Shown: positions 8,103-17,759 of the stretch, one piece after another
Layout of the letters: every line of letters begins with the position of its first letter
How positions within the stretch are numbered: position 1 is the first letter of the stretch
Notes under the pieces: generated by a model
Told to the model about the DNA's origin: nothing
The model's database searches: none
The model's input: the letters and a program-made list of their open reading frames with translations, nothing else
Made by a program: the position numbers and the translations under genes
Origin: Armatimonadota bacterium
Lineage (GTDB): Bacteria > Armatimonadota > SYMT01
Reading direction: 5' to 3'
DNA length: 64,000 bases
Assembly: GCA_041690135.1 (NCBI GenBank)
Contig: JAWLHY010000010.1
Span: 224,001-288,000, forward strand

Positions 8103-10721
8103 TTACCCCTCCTCGCAGAGACGCTCTGGAGTTGGCCATTGTGTCGCTGATTTGCGCGTGGGAGTGATCCAAGGGAACACGGCCCAGGCGATGAGGTAGC
8201 AGCCGGCGCCGATCAGCAGGGCGGTGCCGTAGCCGCTGAACTTGGCGATGGCCATGGTGGCCACCGAGCCCAGGATGCTGGTGACGCCATTGACGCTCCA
8301 GTAGGCCGGGATCATCCGCGCGGAAGCACCCGTGAGGCAGCGCAGGGCCGTGGGGAACGCCATCCCCATGAGGAAGCCCGCTGGGGCCAGGAGGAACATC
8401 GTAGCGGCGATCCGGATGGGCAAAGAGAAGGGCAGTAGCGCTTCCAGGACCGGCGGCAGCACGAACCGGTAAAGGACCAGTAGACCCACCAGCAGCGGCA
8501 ACATCCGCCGGAGCCGAACGCCGGCGTCGGCCGGGGCGCCTCGCTGGGTCATCCGGCTCCCCAGAGCACTGGAGACGAGGAGCGCAAAGAGGGTGACGCT
8601 GAGGGAGCGGGTCGGGAAACCCAGCAGCAGGATGAACCGCTGCATCAACGCCAGTTCCACGAGCATGAAGCCCGCGCCCAGCATACTGAAGTAAGCCAGG
8701 GCGGATACGGTTGAGCTAAGAGGACTGCCGGGTTGGAAGGTTGGAAGGTTGCAAGGTTGGAAGGTTGGGGCCGAAGGGTCCGCGAACGCATGGTCGGATG
8801 GGTCGGCCGGAGGTTGGCTGGCAACAGCGGGTTCCACTCTGGGCGCGCTCTCGGCGGGAGAGGGCGAGAGATCCCGGTGGCGCTCGCGGAGGGCGGTGAC
8901 GAAAACCAGGACCAGGACGATTGCCGTCGCCGCCGCGGAGCCCTGAAGGAGTTGGAGCAGGCTCGGATGGAGACCGCGGGAGATGTCCACGTAGAACGGG
9001 CTGTCGTCCGTCACGGCGGCGAGGTGCGCCGGTACCGTCTTCCCGTTCTGTGGATCATTCAGATCCTCGGGAACGGGGTACTGGGCTTCCATCTTCGCCT
9101 GCACGCCCTTCAGGTCGCCAGGGTTGTCGATGCGTGCCCCTCCGGCCGCATAGGGGCGGGTATCCGGCACGTACAGCGGTTCCAGACCGTTCGCCTGGAT
9201 GGCATTCATCACCGGCACGAGGCGGGGGGTTTTCCAGGGTTGCCGGGAAAGCGTCAGGATGTGGCGATAGGGCCCAAATCCGAACTGCTCCTGCGGCACC
9301 CGGGCCATCACCAGGTGGTCGGCCGCTTCCGCCGGCGGAATGCCCTCCTGTCCCAGGGCGGTAATCGCCGTGAGCCAGAGGCGGTCGGTGACGTGCGCTT
9401 CCTGCGTCACCAGGGCCAGCATCCCGTCGTCCGCCAGGTGCCTCCAGTAGTCGCGGAAGGCCTCGACCGTGTAGAGATGGTTGTCCAGCAGGGCTACGCC
9501 ACTCGTTTGCGTCGTCGCGGTCTTGGCGCAGGCGAAGTAGATGAGGTCGTATTTTCCGGCCCGCTGTAGGAAGCTTCGGCCCTCATCCACGACCAGGCTC
9601 ACGCCGGGCTCCTGGTAAACGCGCGCGTAGGTCTCCTGGAACCGCGGATCGCGCACGATCGCCGGAATCGAGGGGTTGATCTCCACGGCATCGATCGTCT
9701 TCGCGCCGGCAGCCCGCGCCAGGAGCACGTCCAGGCCGCCCCCGGAACCGATCGCCATCACGCGCTCTGGGGCCTTCTCCCGCAGCCGGTAAGGAAGCGT
9801 GCCGATGAACCGGCCGTAGGTCCGGCGCGCCGAGTCGTAGCTGCCATCCCACGCTTCCATTTGTGTCGGCACGTCGCCGTCCGTGTAGATGTAGTAGACC
9901 TGCTGGCTCGGATCGTAGACGACATCCGTGCGCGAGACGGCCGTCCAATCGGTGCGGACGATGCGAGAGCCGGCAAACGGATCCCCGAGCTCCACGAAGA
10001 GCGGCTTGGTGATGGTGTGCCAGCGGTGCGTGCGGTCGTTGAGGGCCTCAATCGGGGCCTTCATGGGCGGGAGGTCGATCCACCGAGAGGTGAGATTGGT
10101 TCCCAGCACAGCGGCGAGCAACAGGGCCGCCAACGCGGGTATCACGGTCCAGCGCTTCAGGTCGGCGCGGAAGGCGATAGCGAGTCCCGCTACGGCCGTG
10201 GCGAGAGCCAGCACGAGGGGGGTATTGACGGCGCCGAGGGCGTTCAACAGAAGCACGGCGGCGGGTGCCGCGAGTGCCGCAGCGGCGAGATCGACGAAGT
10301 AGAGAAAGCCCCCAGACTGCGAGTACCAGCGGAAGATGAGGGAGAGGAGCGCGCCCGCGATGCAGAAGGTGACCATCGGCACCGCCACCACCACGCCGGT
10401 CTCCGCTCCCGCCACCAGGCCTCGTCCCCACGGACTGGCAAAGAGCAGCAGTGTCGGCGCGGCGAGGGCGAGAGCCAACGCCACGCAGAGCCCCGCGATC
10501 CAGTGCCGCAGCCGTGCCTCCGCCGGCCGGACCCACTGCACGAGCAAGCCGCCCAGGCCGAGCCCGCCGATGGCCCCGGAGACGATCAGGAAGACGTAAG
10601 GCGCGCGGAAGAGCACGGAGAAGACGCGGCTCAGCGCGACTTCCGCGGCGAGGATGCTGAACGAGACCAGCGCAACGGCGACCACGGCCTCCAGCGGGGG
10701 GTGTTGGGATTTCTGCTCCAT
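8103..10721 (-). CDS. Multi-pass membrane protein with a central spermidine-synthase-like SAM-binding domain
   Basis: TM bundles at both ends; SAM motifs 'VMAIGSGGGLDV', 'AVEINP', 'DEGRSFL', 'LYTVEAF', 'TDDSPF'; start taken at MEQKSQ. Confidence 0.8.
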   Translation of the reverse strand: MEQKSQHPPLEAVVAVALVSFSILAAEVALSRVFSVLFRAPYVFLIVSGAIGGLGLGGLLVQWVRPAEARLRHWIAGLCVALALALAAPTLLLFASPWGRGLVAGAETGVVVAVPMVTFCIAGALLSLIFRWYSQSGGFLYFVDLAAAALAAPAAVLLLNALGAVNTPLVLALATAVAGLAIAFRADLKRWTVIPALAALLLAAVLGTNLTSRWIDLPPMKAPIEALNDRTHRWHTITKPLFVELGDPFAGSRIVRTDWTAVSRTDVVYDPSQQVYYIYTDGDVPTQMEAWDGSYDSARRTYGRFIGTLPYRLREKAPERVMAIGSGGGLDVLLARAAGAKTIDAVEINPSIPAIVRDPRFQETYARVYQEPGVSLVVDEGRSFLQRAGKYDLIYFACAKTATTQTSGVALLDNHLYTVEAFRDYWRHLADDGMLALVTQEAHVTDRLWLTAITALGQEGIPPAEAADHLVMARVPQEQFGFGPYRHILTLSRQPWKTPRLVPVMNAIQANGLEPLYVPDTRPYAAGGARIDNPGDLKGVQAKMEAQYPVPEDLNDPQNGKTVPAHLAAVTDDSPFYVDISRGLHPSLLQLLQGSAAATAIVLVLVFVTALRERHRDLSPSPAESAPRVEPAVASQPPADPSDHAFADPSAPTFQPCNLPTFQPGSPLSSTVSALAYFSMLGAGFMLVELALMQRFILLLGFPTRSLSVTLFALLVSSALGSRMTQRGAPADAGVRLRRMLPLLVGLLVLYRFVLPPVLEALLPFSLPIRIAATMFLLAPAGFLMGMAFPTALRCLTGASARMIPAYWSVNGVTSILGSVATMAIAKFSGYGTALLIGAGCYLIAWAVFPWITPTRKSATQWPTPERLCEEG
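8731..8768. repeat. Octamer tandem repeat (GGTTGGAA) x~4.75 inside a CDS
   Basis: GGTTGGAA GGTTGGAA GGTTGCAA GGTTGGAA GGTTGG read directly. Confidence 0.85.
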
Positions 10722-10798
10722 CGATGGTTGCGGGAAGTAGGGATCGGCGACAGAGCTTAATACGCGCCCCGGTGAGGGAGGCACCTCCTGGCAATGCG

Positions 10799-11785
10799 TC
10801 AGAAGATACCCGCTTTGGCAATGTCCTTGAGATTCAGCACCCCGGCCGGCCGGTCCTGCTCGTCGAGGACGGGGAGCTCGCCGCACGCCGGCGGCTGCTC
10901 CATCAGCGCCAGTGCTTCCGTGACCAGCCGATCGGGGGTGGTGTGGCGTGGGTGAGTATTGAGTGCCTCGGAAACCGGCCAGTCGAAGGCGCCTTTGTCC
11001 CGCAGCAGCAAGCGGCGGATATCGCCATCGGTCAACAGGCCCGCGAAGCGCCCCTCCCCATCGACGGCGAACACGCAGCCGGCCTGCGCGCGGGTAATGG
11101 CGAACAGGGCATCCTGGATCGTTGCGCCCGGCGAGCAGAGGGCCATGCGATCCCCGGTGCGCATCAGGTCACCCACGCGGAGGAGCAAACGACGACCCAG
11201 CGAACCAGCCGGATGGAAGAGGGCGTAATCCTCGTGGCTGAAGCGCCGGGCCCGCATGGCCGCGACCGCCAGCGCATCCAGGAGAGCCAGCATCGTGGTG
11301 GTGGAAGTAGTCGGTGCCAGGTTCAGGGGGCACGCCTCCCGACTGACGGAGACGTCCAGGGTCGCATCCGCGCTCTCCGCCAGGGTGGAGCGGACGTTGC
11401 CGGTTACCGCCACCAGCACGACCCCCAGGCGCTTCAGGACCGGCAGGACAGCCAGGATCTCATCCGTTTCGCCGCTGTAGGAAAGCGCGATGACAACGTC
11501 GTCCGGAGTCACCATGCCGAGGTCGCCATGCACCCCCTCGGCGGGATGCAGGTAAAACGACGGGGTCCCGGTGCTGGCGAGCGTCGCCGCCCCTTTGCGG
11601 GCCACGGCCCCCGATTTGCCCATCCCCGTGACCACGACTCGGCCGCGGCATTCCACCATCCACTCGACGACGCGGACGAAGTCATCCCCCAGGCGGGATG
11701 CCAGGGCACGGACGGCATCCGCTTCCTGGATCAAGACGTCACGCGCGGTGTCGAGTAGCTCTTCCCGGGAAACCTTGCCGGACAT
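10799..11785 (-). CDS. kdsD: D-arabinose 5-phosphate isomerase (KpsF/GutQ, SIS + 2 CBS)
   Basis: 'VTGMGKSG', 'HPAEGVHGDLG', 'SYSGET', 'LAPTTSTT', 'FHPAGSLG'. Confidence 0.95.
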   Translation of the reverse strand: MSGKVSREELLDTARDVLIQEADAVRALASRLGDDFVRVVEWMVECRGRVVVTGMGKSGAVARKGAATLASTGTPSFYLHPAEGVHGDLGMVTPDDVVIALSYSGETDEILAVLPVLKRLGVVLVAVTGNVRSTLAESADATLDVSVSREACPLNLAPTTSTTTMLALLDALAVAAMRARRFSHEDYALFHPAGSLGRRLLLRVGDLMRTGDRMALCSPGATIQDALFAITRAQAGCVFAVDGEGRFAGLLTDGDIRRLLLRDKGAFDWPVSEALNTHPRHTTPDRLVTEALALMEQPPACGELPVLDEQDRPAGVLNLKDIAKAGIF

Positions 11786-11793
11786 TTGGCCCC

Positions 11794-12621
11794 CTACCCT
11801 GCCGGCCGGTTGACGACCGCATGCAACTCGGCTAATTGCGCAAGCAGCGCCTGTGCCTCGGGAATCGCCAACTGGGCTGCCGCGTCACTCCGCGCTTCGG
11901 ACGGGTTGGGATGCACCTCCAGGAAGAGCGCGTCGACTCCTACCGCAACCGCGGCGCGTGCCAGGTGGGGAGCAAACTCGCGGGTGGCGCCGGAGCTGGT
12001 CCCCTGCCCGCCCGGCTGCTGGAGGCTGTGGGTGACATCGTAACAAACGGGGTGACCCAGCGTCCGCATTTGCGGAAGACTGCGGAAGTCCACGACCAGG
12101 GTGTTGTAGCCAAAGCTGGCGCCCCTCTCCGTAAGCAGGATCTGCTCGCAGCCGCTTTCCCGCAGCTTGCCGACGACCTGCGTCATGTCCCAGGGCGCCA
12201 TGAACTGCGCCTTCTTCACGTTGATGGGAAGACCGGTGCGGGCACCCGCCGCGAGGAGGTCCGTCTGCCGGGCCAAGAAGGCCGGAACCTGGAGGATATC
12301 GACCACCTCGGCCAGGGGAGCGGCCTGATGGGATTCATGGAAATCGGTGAGGACGGGGACCCCCAGCTTCTGCTTCACCGACGCCAGGATCTCGCAGCCG
12401 CGCTCCAGGCCGGGGCCACGGTAGGAGTGGATGCTCGTACGGTTCGCCTTATCGAAGCTGGCTTTGAAGATGTAGCCCAGGCCCAACTGCTCGCAGGTCG
12501 CCTTGAGCGCCGCTCCCACTTCGAGGCAGCACTCCTCGGACTCAATCACGCACGGTCCGGAGATCACACACAACGTGCCTGTTCCGATCCGCACCGGCCC
12601 GACTTCGAAACTCTTGATCAT
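11794..12621 (-). CDS. kdsA: Kdo-8-phosphate synthase
   Basis: 'GPCVIES', 'FKASFDKANRTS', 'PAFLARQTDL', 'ERGASFGY', 'THSLQQPG'. Confidence 0.97.
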   Translation of the reverse strand: MIKSFEVGPVRIGTGTLCVISGPCVIESEECCLEVGAALKATCEQLGLGYIFKASFDKANRTSIHSYRGPGLERGCEILASVKQKLGVPVLTDFHESHQAAPLAEVVDILQVPAFLARQTDLLAAGARTGLPINVKKAQFMAPWDMTQVVGKLRESGCEQILLTERGASFGYNTLVVDFRSLPQMRTLGHPVCYDVTHSLQQPGGQGTSSGATREFAPHLARAAVAVGVDALFLEVHPNPSEARSDAAAQLAIPEAQALLAQLAELHAVVNRPAG

Positions 12622-12678
12622 TCGCTCTTCCTACTTAGGGACTGCCAAACAGTAACCGCTACATTTGGGCGAGTGACG

Positions 12679-12742
12679 ACCCACTAGTGGGTGCCCCGGC
12701 TACACACGGCTAAGCCCGTACGGGCTGGGAACCACATAGCCG
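12679..12742. repeat. REP-like palindrome pair downstream of the Uma2 gene
   Basis: Perfect 14-bp palindromes ACCCACTAGTGGGT (12679-12692) and AGCCCGTACGGGCT (12713-12726), the latter flanked by CGGCTA...TAGCCG. Confidence 0.55.
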
Positions 12743-12760
12743 TTATTCTTTGACGACTCC

Positions 12761-13390
12761 TTAGCCCACGGCAAGGACTGCGTCCACATCAACCCCGAAC
12801 CCCGGTAACAGTTGGGAGACTGCCCGGTCGCCGGCGGCATACTCCCCCGCCACTTCGTAGGCGGTGGCATCCGGGTTCAGCGCCAGGACGGTGATCTGTT
12901 TCCGCTCCGGATCGACTATCCAGTATTCCGCGATACCGCCGCGCGCGTATTCCTCACGCTTCGTAACGATGTCTCGGTCGCGGCCCCGGGGGCTCACGAT
13001 CTCCATCGCCAGGTCCGCTCCTTCCCAGAACCGCTCACCGCGCTTTCCAGAATTCTCAGCCCGCAAGAAAACCAGGTCCGGCTGTCGCAGCTTCCCCTCC
13101 CACAACCGGACAGGGATACCGGCCATCAATACCAGCCCGGCGGCCTCCGCTTCGACGTAGGCGAACAGCAACCGGTAAAGAAAACCCAGGATCAGTTGGT
13201 GCTGTTCGGTAGGCATCGGCAGCAGTTCCAGACAGCCCTCGGAAAGCTCGGCTCGACTGTCATCGGGCAGGAGCAGGTAATCCGCTTCGGTCCATTGACC
13301 GCGCGGCGGGAACAGATGCGCCACGTTCCATTCAGGCTCGTCCGCGTTATCCCCTGGGGGCGGATGATGGGAATGGTAGACGGTTTCCAT
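12761..13390 (-). CDS. Uma2 (DUF820) family PD-(D/E)xK-like endonuclease
   Basis: 'WTEADYL', 'ELSEG', 'QPDLVF', 'EIVSP', 'KREEYARGGIAEYWIVDP'. Confidence 0.92.
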   Translation of the reverse strand: METVYHSHHPPPGDNADEPEWNVAHLFPPRGQWTEADYLLLPDDSRAELSEGCLELLPMPTEQHQLILGFLYRLLFAYVEAEAAGLVLMAGIPVRLWEGKLRQPDLVFLRAENSGKRGERFWEGADLAMEIVSPRGRDRDIVTKREEYARGGIAEYWIVDPERKQITVLALNPDATAYEVAGEYAAGDRAVSQLLPGFGVDVDAVLAVG

Positions 13391-13408
13391 ACTGCCTCCG
13401 GAACCGGG

Positions 13409-14146
13409 TCAACCTGGGGTCGCGTTGTCCTGGAAGAGGGCTTCCACCCGCTCCAGGTCCTCGGGCGTGTCGACGCTCACGGCATCATGTTCTACGGTCA
13501 CCACGAGAATCCGGTGTCCGTTCTCGAGCACCCGGAGTTGCTCGAGGCACTCCGCCTGTTCCAGCGGGGTGGGCTGGAGCGCGGCGTACTGCTGCAGGAA
13601 GGACTTCCGGTAAGCGTAGAGCCCCAGGTGCTTATAATGCTCGCCCGCGTCCCCCGAGCGGTAATAGGGGAGCGGCAGCCGGGAAAAGTAGAGGGCGTAT
13701 CCTTCCCGGTCGCACACCACCTTCACGACGCCCGGATCGGCTACGTCGCGCGGGTCGAGAATACGGACGCGTGCCGTGGACATCAGCAGGTCGGCGCTAT
13801 CGGCAAAGGGCGATACCACCGCGTCGATTTCGGCGGGATCGAGTAGTGGCTCATCCCCCTGGACGTTCACCACCACATCGGCCTCCAGTGCGGACGCCGC
13901 TTCGGCGATGCGGTCGGTGCCGGAGGGGTGATCGGACCGCGTCATCACGACCAGCCCGCCGAAAGCCCGCACCGCGTCGAAGATCCTCTGGTCGTCGGTT
14001 GCTACCCACACTCCCTGGAGCGACTGGGCCAGCGACGCGCGCCGGTAAACGTGCTCGATCATCGTCTTGCCGGCGATCTCGACCAACGGCTTACCGGGGA
14101 AACGGCTCGATGCATAGCGGGCCGGGATGATGGCAATGGCTTTCAT
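13409..14146 (-). CDS. kdsB: CMP-Kdo synthetase (3-deoxy-manno-octulosonate cytidylyltransferase)
   Basis: 'IIPARYASSRFPGKPL', 'SGTDR', 'NVQGDEP', 'LEQLRVLENG', 'VDTPEDL'. Confidence 0.97.
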   Translation of the reverse strand: MKAIAIIPARYASSRFPGKPLVEIAGKTMIEHVYRRASLAQSLQGVWVATDDQRIFDAVRAFGGLVVMTRSDHPSGTDRIAEAASALEADVVVNVQGDEPLLDPAEIDAVVSPFADSADLLMSTARVRILDPRDVADPGVVKVVCDREGYALYFSRLPLPYYRSGDAGEHYKHLGLYAYRKSFLQQYAALQPTPLEQAECLEQLRVLENGHRILVVTVEHDAVSVDTPEDLERVEALFQDNATPG

Positions 14147-14155
14147 CGGCGGAGC

Positions 14156-14638
14156 TCAAGAGGAAGCATTCAGCGAGCGGACGCGAGCAACAATATCGGT
14201 CGTGGAACGGCCGGGAACGAGCGGCATGATCAGCACCTCGCCGCCGCACTCCCGCACCACCGCGGCCTCGGGTAGATCCTCGGCCCGGTAGTCGCCGCCT
14301 TTGACGTGGACGTGGGGCCGTAGCGCCGCGATAGCTTCGCTGGGAAGCGGCTCATCGAAAAGGGTGACGTAATCCACGCAAGCGAGGGCAGCGAGCATCT
14401 CGCATCTTTCCTCTTCAGGGACGATCGGACGGGTGGGTCCCTTCAACCGCCGGACCCCGGCATCGGTGTTCACCCCGACTACCAGCACATCACCCGCGGC
14501 GCGCGCATCCTGAAGATAGCGCACGTGTCCGACGTGCAGGATGTCGAAGCAGCCATTCGTAAAGACCACCCGCTTCCCTTCCGCCCGGAGACGCTCGCCC
14601 AACGCTGCCAGATCCTTCCTGGAAACCAGCTTGTCCAA
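14156..14638 (-). CDS. rfaE2: Heptose-1-phosphate adenylyltransferase (stand-alone HldE/RfaE domain II)
   Basis: 'VFTNGCFDILHVGHVRYL', 'LKGPTRP', 'VKGGDY', 'GRSTT'. Confidence 0.92.
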   Translation of the reverse strand: MDKLVSRKDLAALGERLRAEGKRVVFTNGCFDILHVGHVRYLQDARAAGDVLVVGVNTDAGVRRLKGPTRPIVPEEERCEMLAALACVDYVTLFDEPLPSEAIAALRPHVHVKGGDYRAEDLPEAAVVRECGGEVLIMPLVPGRSTTDIVARVRSLNASS

Positions 14639-14666
14639 AATTATCCTCGTCCCATCTCCCAGTGAT

Positions 14667-15854
14667 CTATCCGAGCGTAGCGGGCGCCTCTCCGCGCGTC
14701 ACGGCCGTGTAGAGCGCCTCGTACCGGCCGACCGTACCGCTCAAGCTGAAGGTGGTCTCGATATGCCTTCGAGCGGCCTTCCCCATCCGCGCTCGCAAGT
14801 CGCCGTCGGCAAGGAGGGCCGCCAGCGCGCCAACGGCGGCCGGTTCATCATCGGGTGGGATGGCGACGCCGGATACTCCGGAGTTGATGAGCTCGCGGGT
14901 GCCCGAAACCTCCGTCACCACGCAGGGCAGGCCACATGCCATCGCTTCCTGCACCGCGCAAGAGAGCCCTTCACGAAGAGACGGCAGCGTAAAGATATCG
15001 CAAGCCTGGAGGTACCGGACCACCTGCTGAGGCTTGACGCGTCCGAGGAAGCGAATGCGATCGGAAATCGGTAGGGAATGCGCGAGAGCTTCCAGGGAAG
15101 GCCGGTGCTCCCCCTCCCCCAGGATCCAGAGATTCGCGTATGGATGCTGGTCCGAAACCGCGTGGAACGCCCGAATCAGCAGATCGATCCGCTTGTGCGG
15201 CACCAACCGGCAGGCGGTGGCGATGACCCTTTCGTCCGCTCCAATGCCCAACTCGCAACGGAGCCTCGCGCGTTCATCCGGTGAGGCGGGCCGGAACTGC
15301 TCTGTATCCACGCCATTGGGAAGCATCACGATGCGGGCGGGATCGATCCCGAAGCCGAGCAAATCCTCCCGAATCTGCTCACTCAGGCTGACCCAACAGT
15401 CCGGCGGGTGCCAGCAGGTACGCAGTGCGCGGGTGAGGGCGTGGGGGAGCTTGCCCGCGAGCCGGCGCGCGCCGGACAGGCGGGATCCGGGGCCCGACAC
15501 GCACGGCTGGGCGATCAACGGTTTGCCGAGCCGGCGCCGCGCCGCACACGCGGCAAGGAACTCCGGGCCCAGGCCATACACGTGGATTAGGTCGTAACTG
15601 TCGGCGGTGGTCAGCAGGTGCCGATAGATGACCCGGGCGAAGTCCCACTGATTGCGGGCGGGTAGGAACTCGCAGGAGAAGCCTGCGGCCCAGGCGGAGA
15701 GATCTTTCCCCCGGGGCGGTTGGTGGCAAAGCATGGTCACCGGCAGCCCGCGAGACGTGAGGTGTGCGCAAACCCGTCGCGACTGCACCTGGATTCCCCC
15801 GATGCCCGCCAGGCGTTTGACCACCACCCGAACGCGAGGACTTTCAGTGGACAC
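14667..15854 (-). CDS. Glycosyltransferase family 4
   Basis: 'LPNGVD', 'RLVPHKR', 'LPSLREGLSCAVQEAMACGLP'; start GTG overlapping the upstream stop chosen (uncertain). Confidence 0.88.
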   Translation of the reverse strand: MSTESPRVRVVVKRLAGIGGIQVQSRRVCAHLTSRGLPVTMLCHQPPRGKDLSAWAAGFSCEFLPARNQWDFARVIYRHLLTTADSYDLIHVYGLGPEFLAACAARRRLGKPLIAQPCVSGPGSRLSGARRLAGKLPHALTRALRTCWHPPDCWVSLSEQIREDLLGFGIDPARIVMLPNGVDTEQFRPASPDERARLRCELGIGADERVIATACRLVPHKRIDLLIRAFHAVSDQHPYANLWILGEGEHRPSLEALAHSLPISDRIRFLGRVKPQQVVRYLQACDIFTLPSLREGLSCAVQEAMACGLPCVVTEVSGTRELINSGVSGVAIPPDDEPAAVGALAALLADGDLRARMGKAARRHIETTFSLSGTVGRYEALYTAVTRGEAPATLG

Positions 15855-16950
15855 GAACGGTTGAAAGGGCGGTTCCAGCAGGGCTTTCACGCAGTACTTC
15901 CTCATACACAGCTTCGATCCGGGCGACCACGCTCTCCAACGCGTGCTCTTCACGGATCAGGCGGTCCAGTCCCCAGTATGGCGCGCGGGTTCTCGCTCCA
16001 CCGATCCAGGCCTGGTATAGGTGCAGCATCGACTGGTGAAAGTTCTCCACCGTCATCTCCCAGGGGCCGCCCACGTCGCCGAAGTTCCAGGACATGGCGT
16101 CCCGTAGGTTTTCGGCACGAATGATACCGTAGCCCCAGAACCCGGCCCCCACGACCGCCGTCCCCTGCATAATCGCCTCCAGCGCGCAGTAGGAGGCCCC
16201 GAACAGCACGTGCGCTCCCTCAACGACGGGGGCCGGATCGGTCACGACGCCATGAACCCGGACCACCTCCCCATTCGCTGCCCGGTTGAAATCCGCGGCG
16301 GCACGGCGGACTTCGCGAAGGATGGAGCCGCCGCCTAGAAGGTCCAGTCTCGCATCGGGAACGGTTTCCCGGAACCGCCGGAACGCTTCGATAAGGTTGA
16401 GCGCATTCCGGCCCTTACGCTTCGACATGCGGCCAACGCCGGCGATCCGGAACGTCCCCGTTTCCGCCGGGTAGCACGGCCGATGGTCGATGGGACGGCG
16501 CAGCAGGGTGATCTTTCCCGGATCGAAGAGCTCGTGGTGGCGATTCAGCCGCTCTACCGCGATCTCCTCGAAGGTGAGAATCCGCCGGGCCATCTGAAGG
16601 CAGGTGGCCGTGTGGTCGTTCTTGCCCAGCAAACCGTGGACGCTCATCACCAGCGGAGTTCCGGTCCGCCGGCATGCCCACTCCGCGGCACGGCCGGGGG
16701 TGGCGTTCGAAGCATGCACCAGGTCAATTCTCTGGGAACGAATCACGCGTTCGATCCAGAGGCCGCCCCAGGGCGCCGGAGGGGTCCACACGAACGGGAT
16801 CCCGGCCTTGCGGAAGCGAGGTACCATTTCGCCCGGTTGGGAAGCCACCCATACTTCGTGTCCCCTGGCCAGCAGGCCGCGACCGATATTGTACCGGAAG
16901 GTACTGCCACCCCCGATCTTCGCACTCCTTCCCACGAACAGAATCCGCAT
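15844..16950 (-). CDS. Glycosyltransferase family 4 (divergent)
   Basis: 'MRILFV...IGGG', 'GHEVWV', 'DLVHAS', 'SVHG', 'GRMSKRKG', 'ALEAIMQG'. Confidence 0.8.
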   Translation of the reverse strand: MRILFVGRSAKIGGGSTFRYNIGRGLLARGHEVWVASQPGEMVPRFRKAGIPFVWTPPAPWGGLWIERVIRSQRIDLVHASNATPGRAAEWACRRTGTPLVMSVHGLLGKNDHTATCLQMARRILTFEEIAVERLNRHHELFDPGKITLLRRPIDHRPCYPAETGTFRIAGVGRMSKRKGRNALNLIEAFRRFRETVPDARLDLLGGGSILREVRRAAADFNRAANGEVVRVHGVVTDPAPVVEGAHVLFGASYCALEAIMQGTAVVGAGFWGYGIIRAENLRDAMSWNFGDVGGPWEMTVENFHQSMLHLYQAWIGGARTRAPYWGLDRLIREEHALESVVARIEAVYEEVLRESPAGTALSTVRVH

Positions 16951-16956
16951 TATAAT
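16951..16956 (+). promoter_or_regulatory. -10 box (TATAAT), probable leaderless promoter of the inverted GT2
   Basis: Exact TATAAT 5-8 nt before GTG16962/ATG16965; no room for an SD. Confidence 0.45.
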
Positions 16957-16961
16957 TTCCC

Positions 16962-17759
16962 GTGATGCCTGAAGCGCCGAACGTAAAGAATATCGTCCAC
17001 GCCGGTACCGGAGAACCGGTAGTCTCCATCGTCATCGTCACCTACAACGCCGTCGAGTACGTGCGGCGATGCCTGGCGAGTATCCACCGGCACTCGCACG
17101 TGCCCTACGAGGTGCTGGTGATCGACAATGCCTCGCAGCCGGAGACGCGGGAGTTTCTCCGCGCGCAATCGGGAATCCGGCTCTACCTCAACGAGGACAA
17201 CCTGCTGTGGTCCGGCGGCTGTAACCAGGGGATGCGGGAAGCTCACCCGGCCTCGCGGTATCTCCTGCTGCTCAACCCGGATACGGAGGTGCTCCGCTCC
17301 GACTGGCTAGAGGTAATGATCCGGCATATGGAGAGTGACCCGCAAATCGGAATTGTGGGCACGCAGCACCACTACCGGGATGCGGGACCGATTTACGGCT
17401 GGCTTGACGGGCAATGCTTCATGATCCGCCGCAAGGTGATTGAGCAAATCGGGTATCTGGACGCGCAGCGCTTCCCCATGGGCGGCGCACCCCAACTCTT
17501 CACGATCAAAGCGTTCAAGGCCGGTTGGAGTTACAAGCGGGTTCACCGGAAGAGCCGCCTCATCGTGCACCACAAGGCGAAGTCGCGCGATGAGATCAAG
17601 GGGGAGAAGCCGTGGAAACCGGGCCGGCCCAACTTCGAGCAACTGATGCGCGAAGAGGGGCTTGATCCCGTCATCGCCCCTCCGCTGGTCCGTTTCATCC
17701 GGCGCAGGCTGTACCGCCACTATGTCCGGACCCGGTTCTTCTATGCCCCGCCAACGTGA
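16962..17759 (+). CDS. Glycosyltransferase family 2 (WbbL-like), inverted relative to the cluster
   Basis: 'VSIVIVTYN', 'VIDNAS', 'GCNQG', 'LLLLNPD'. Confidence 0.88.
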   Translation: MMPEAPNVKNIVHAGTGEPVVSIVIVTYNAVEYVRRCLASIHRHSHVPYEVLVIDNASQPETREFLRAQSGIRLYLNEDNLLWSGGCNQGMREAHPASRYLLLLNPDTEVLRSDWLEVMIRHMESDPQIGIVGTQHHYRDAGPIYGWLDGQCFMIRRKVIEQIGYLDAQRFPMGGAPQLFTIKAFKAGWSYKRVHRKSRLIVHHKAKSRDEIKGEKPWKPGRPNFEQLMREEGLDPVIAPPLVRFIRRRLYRHYVRTRFFYAPPT

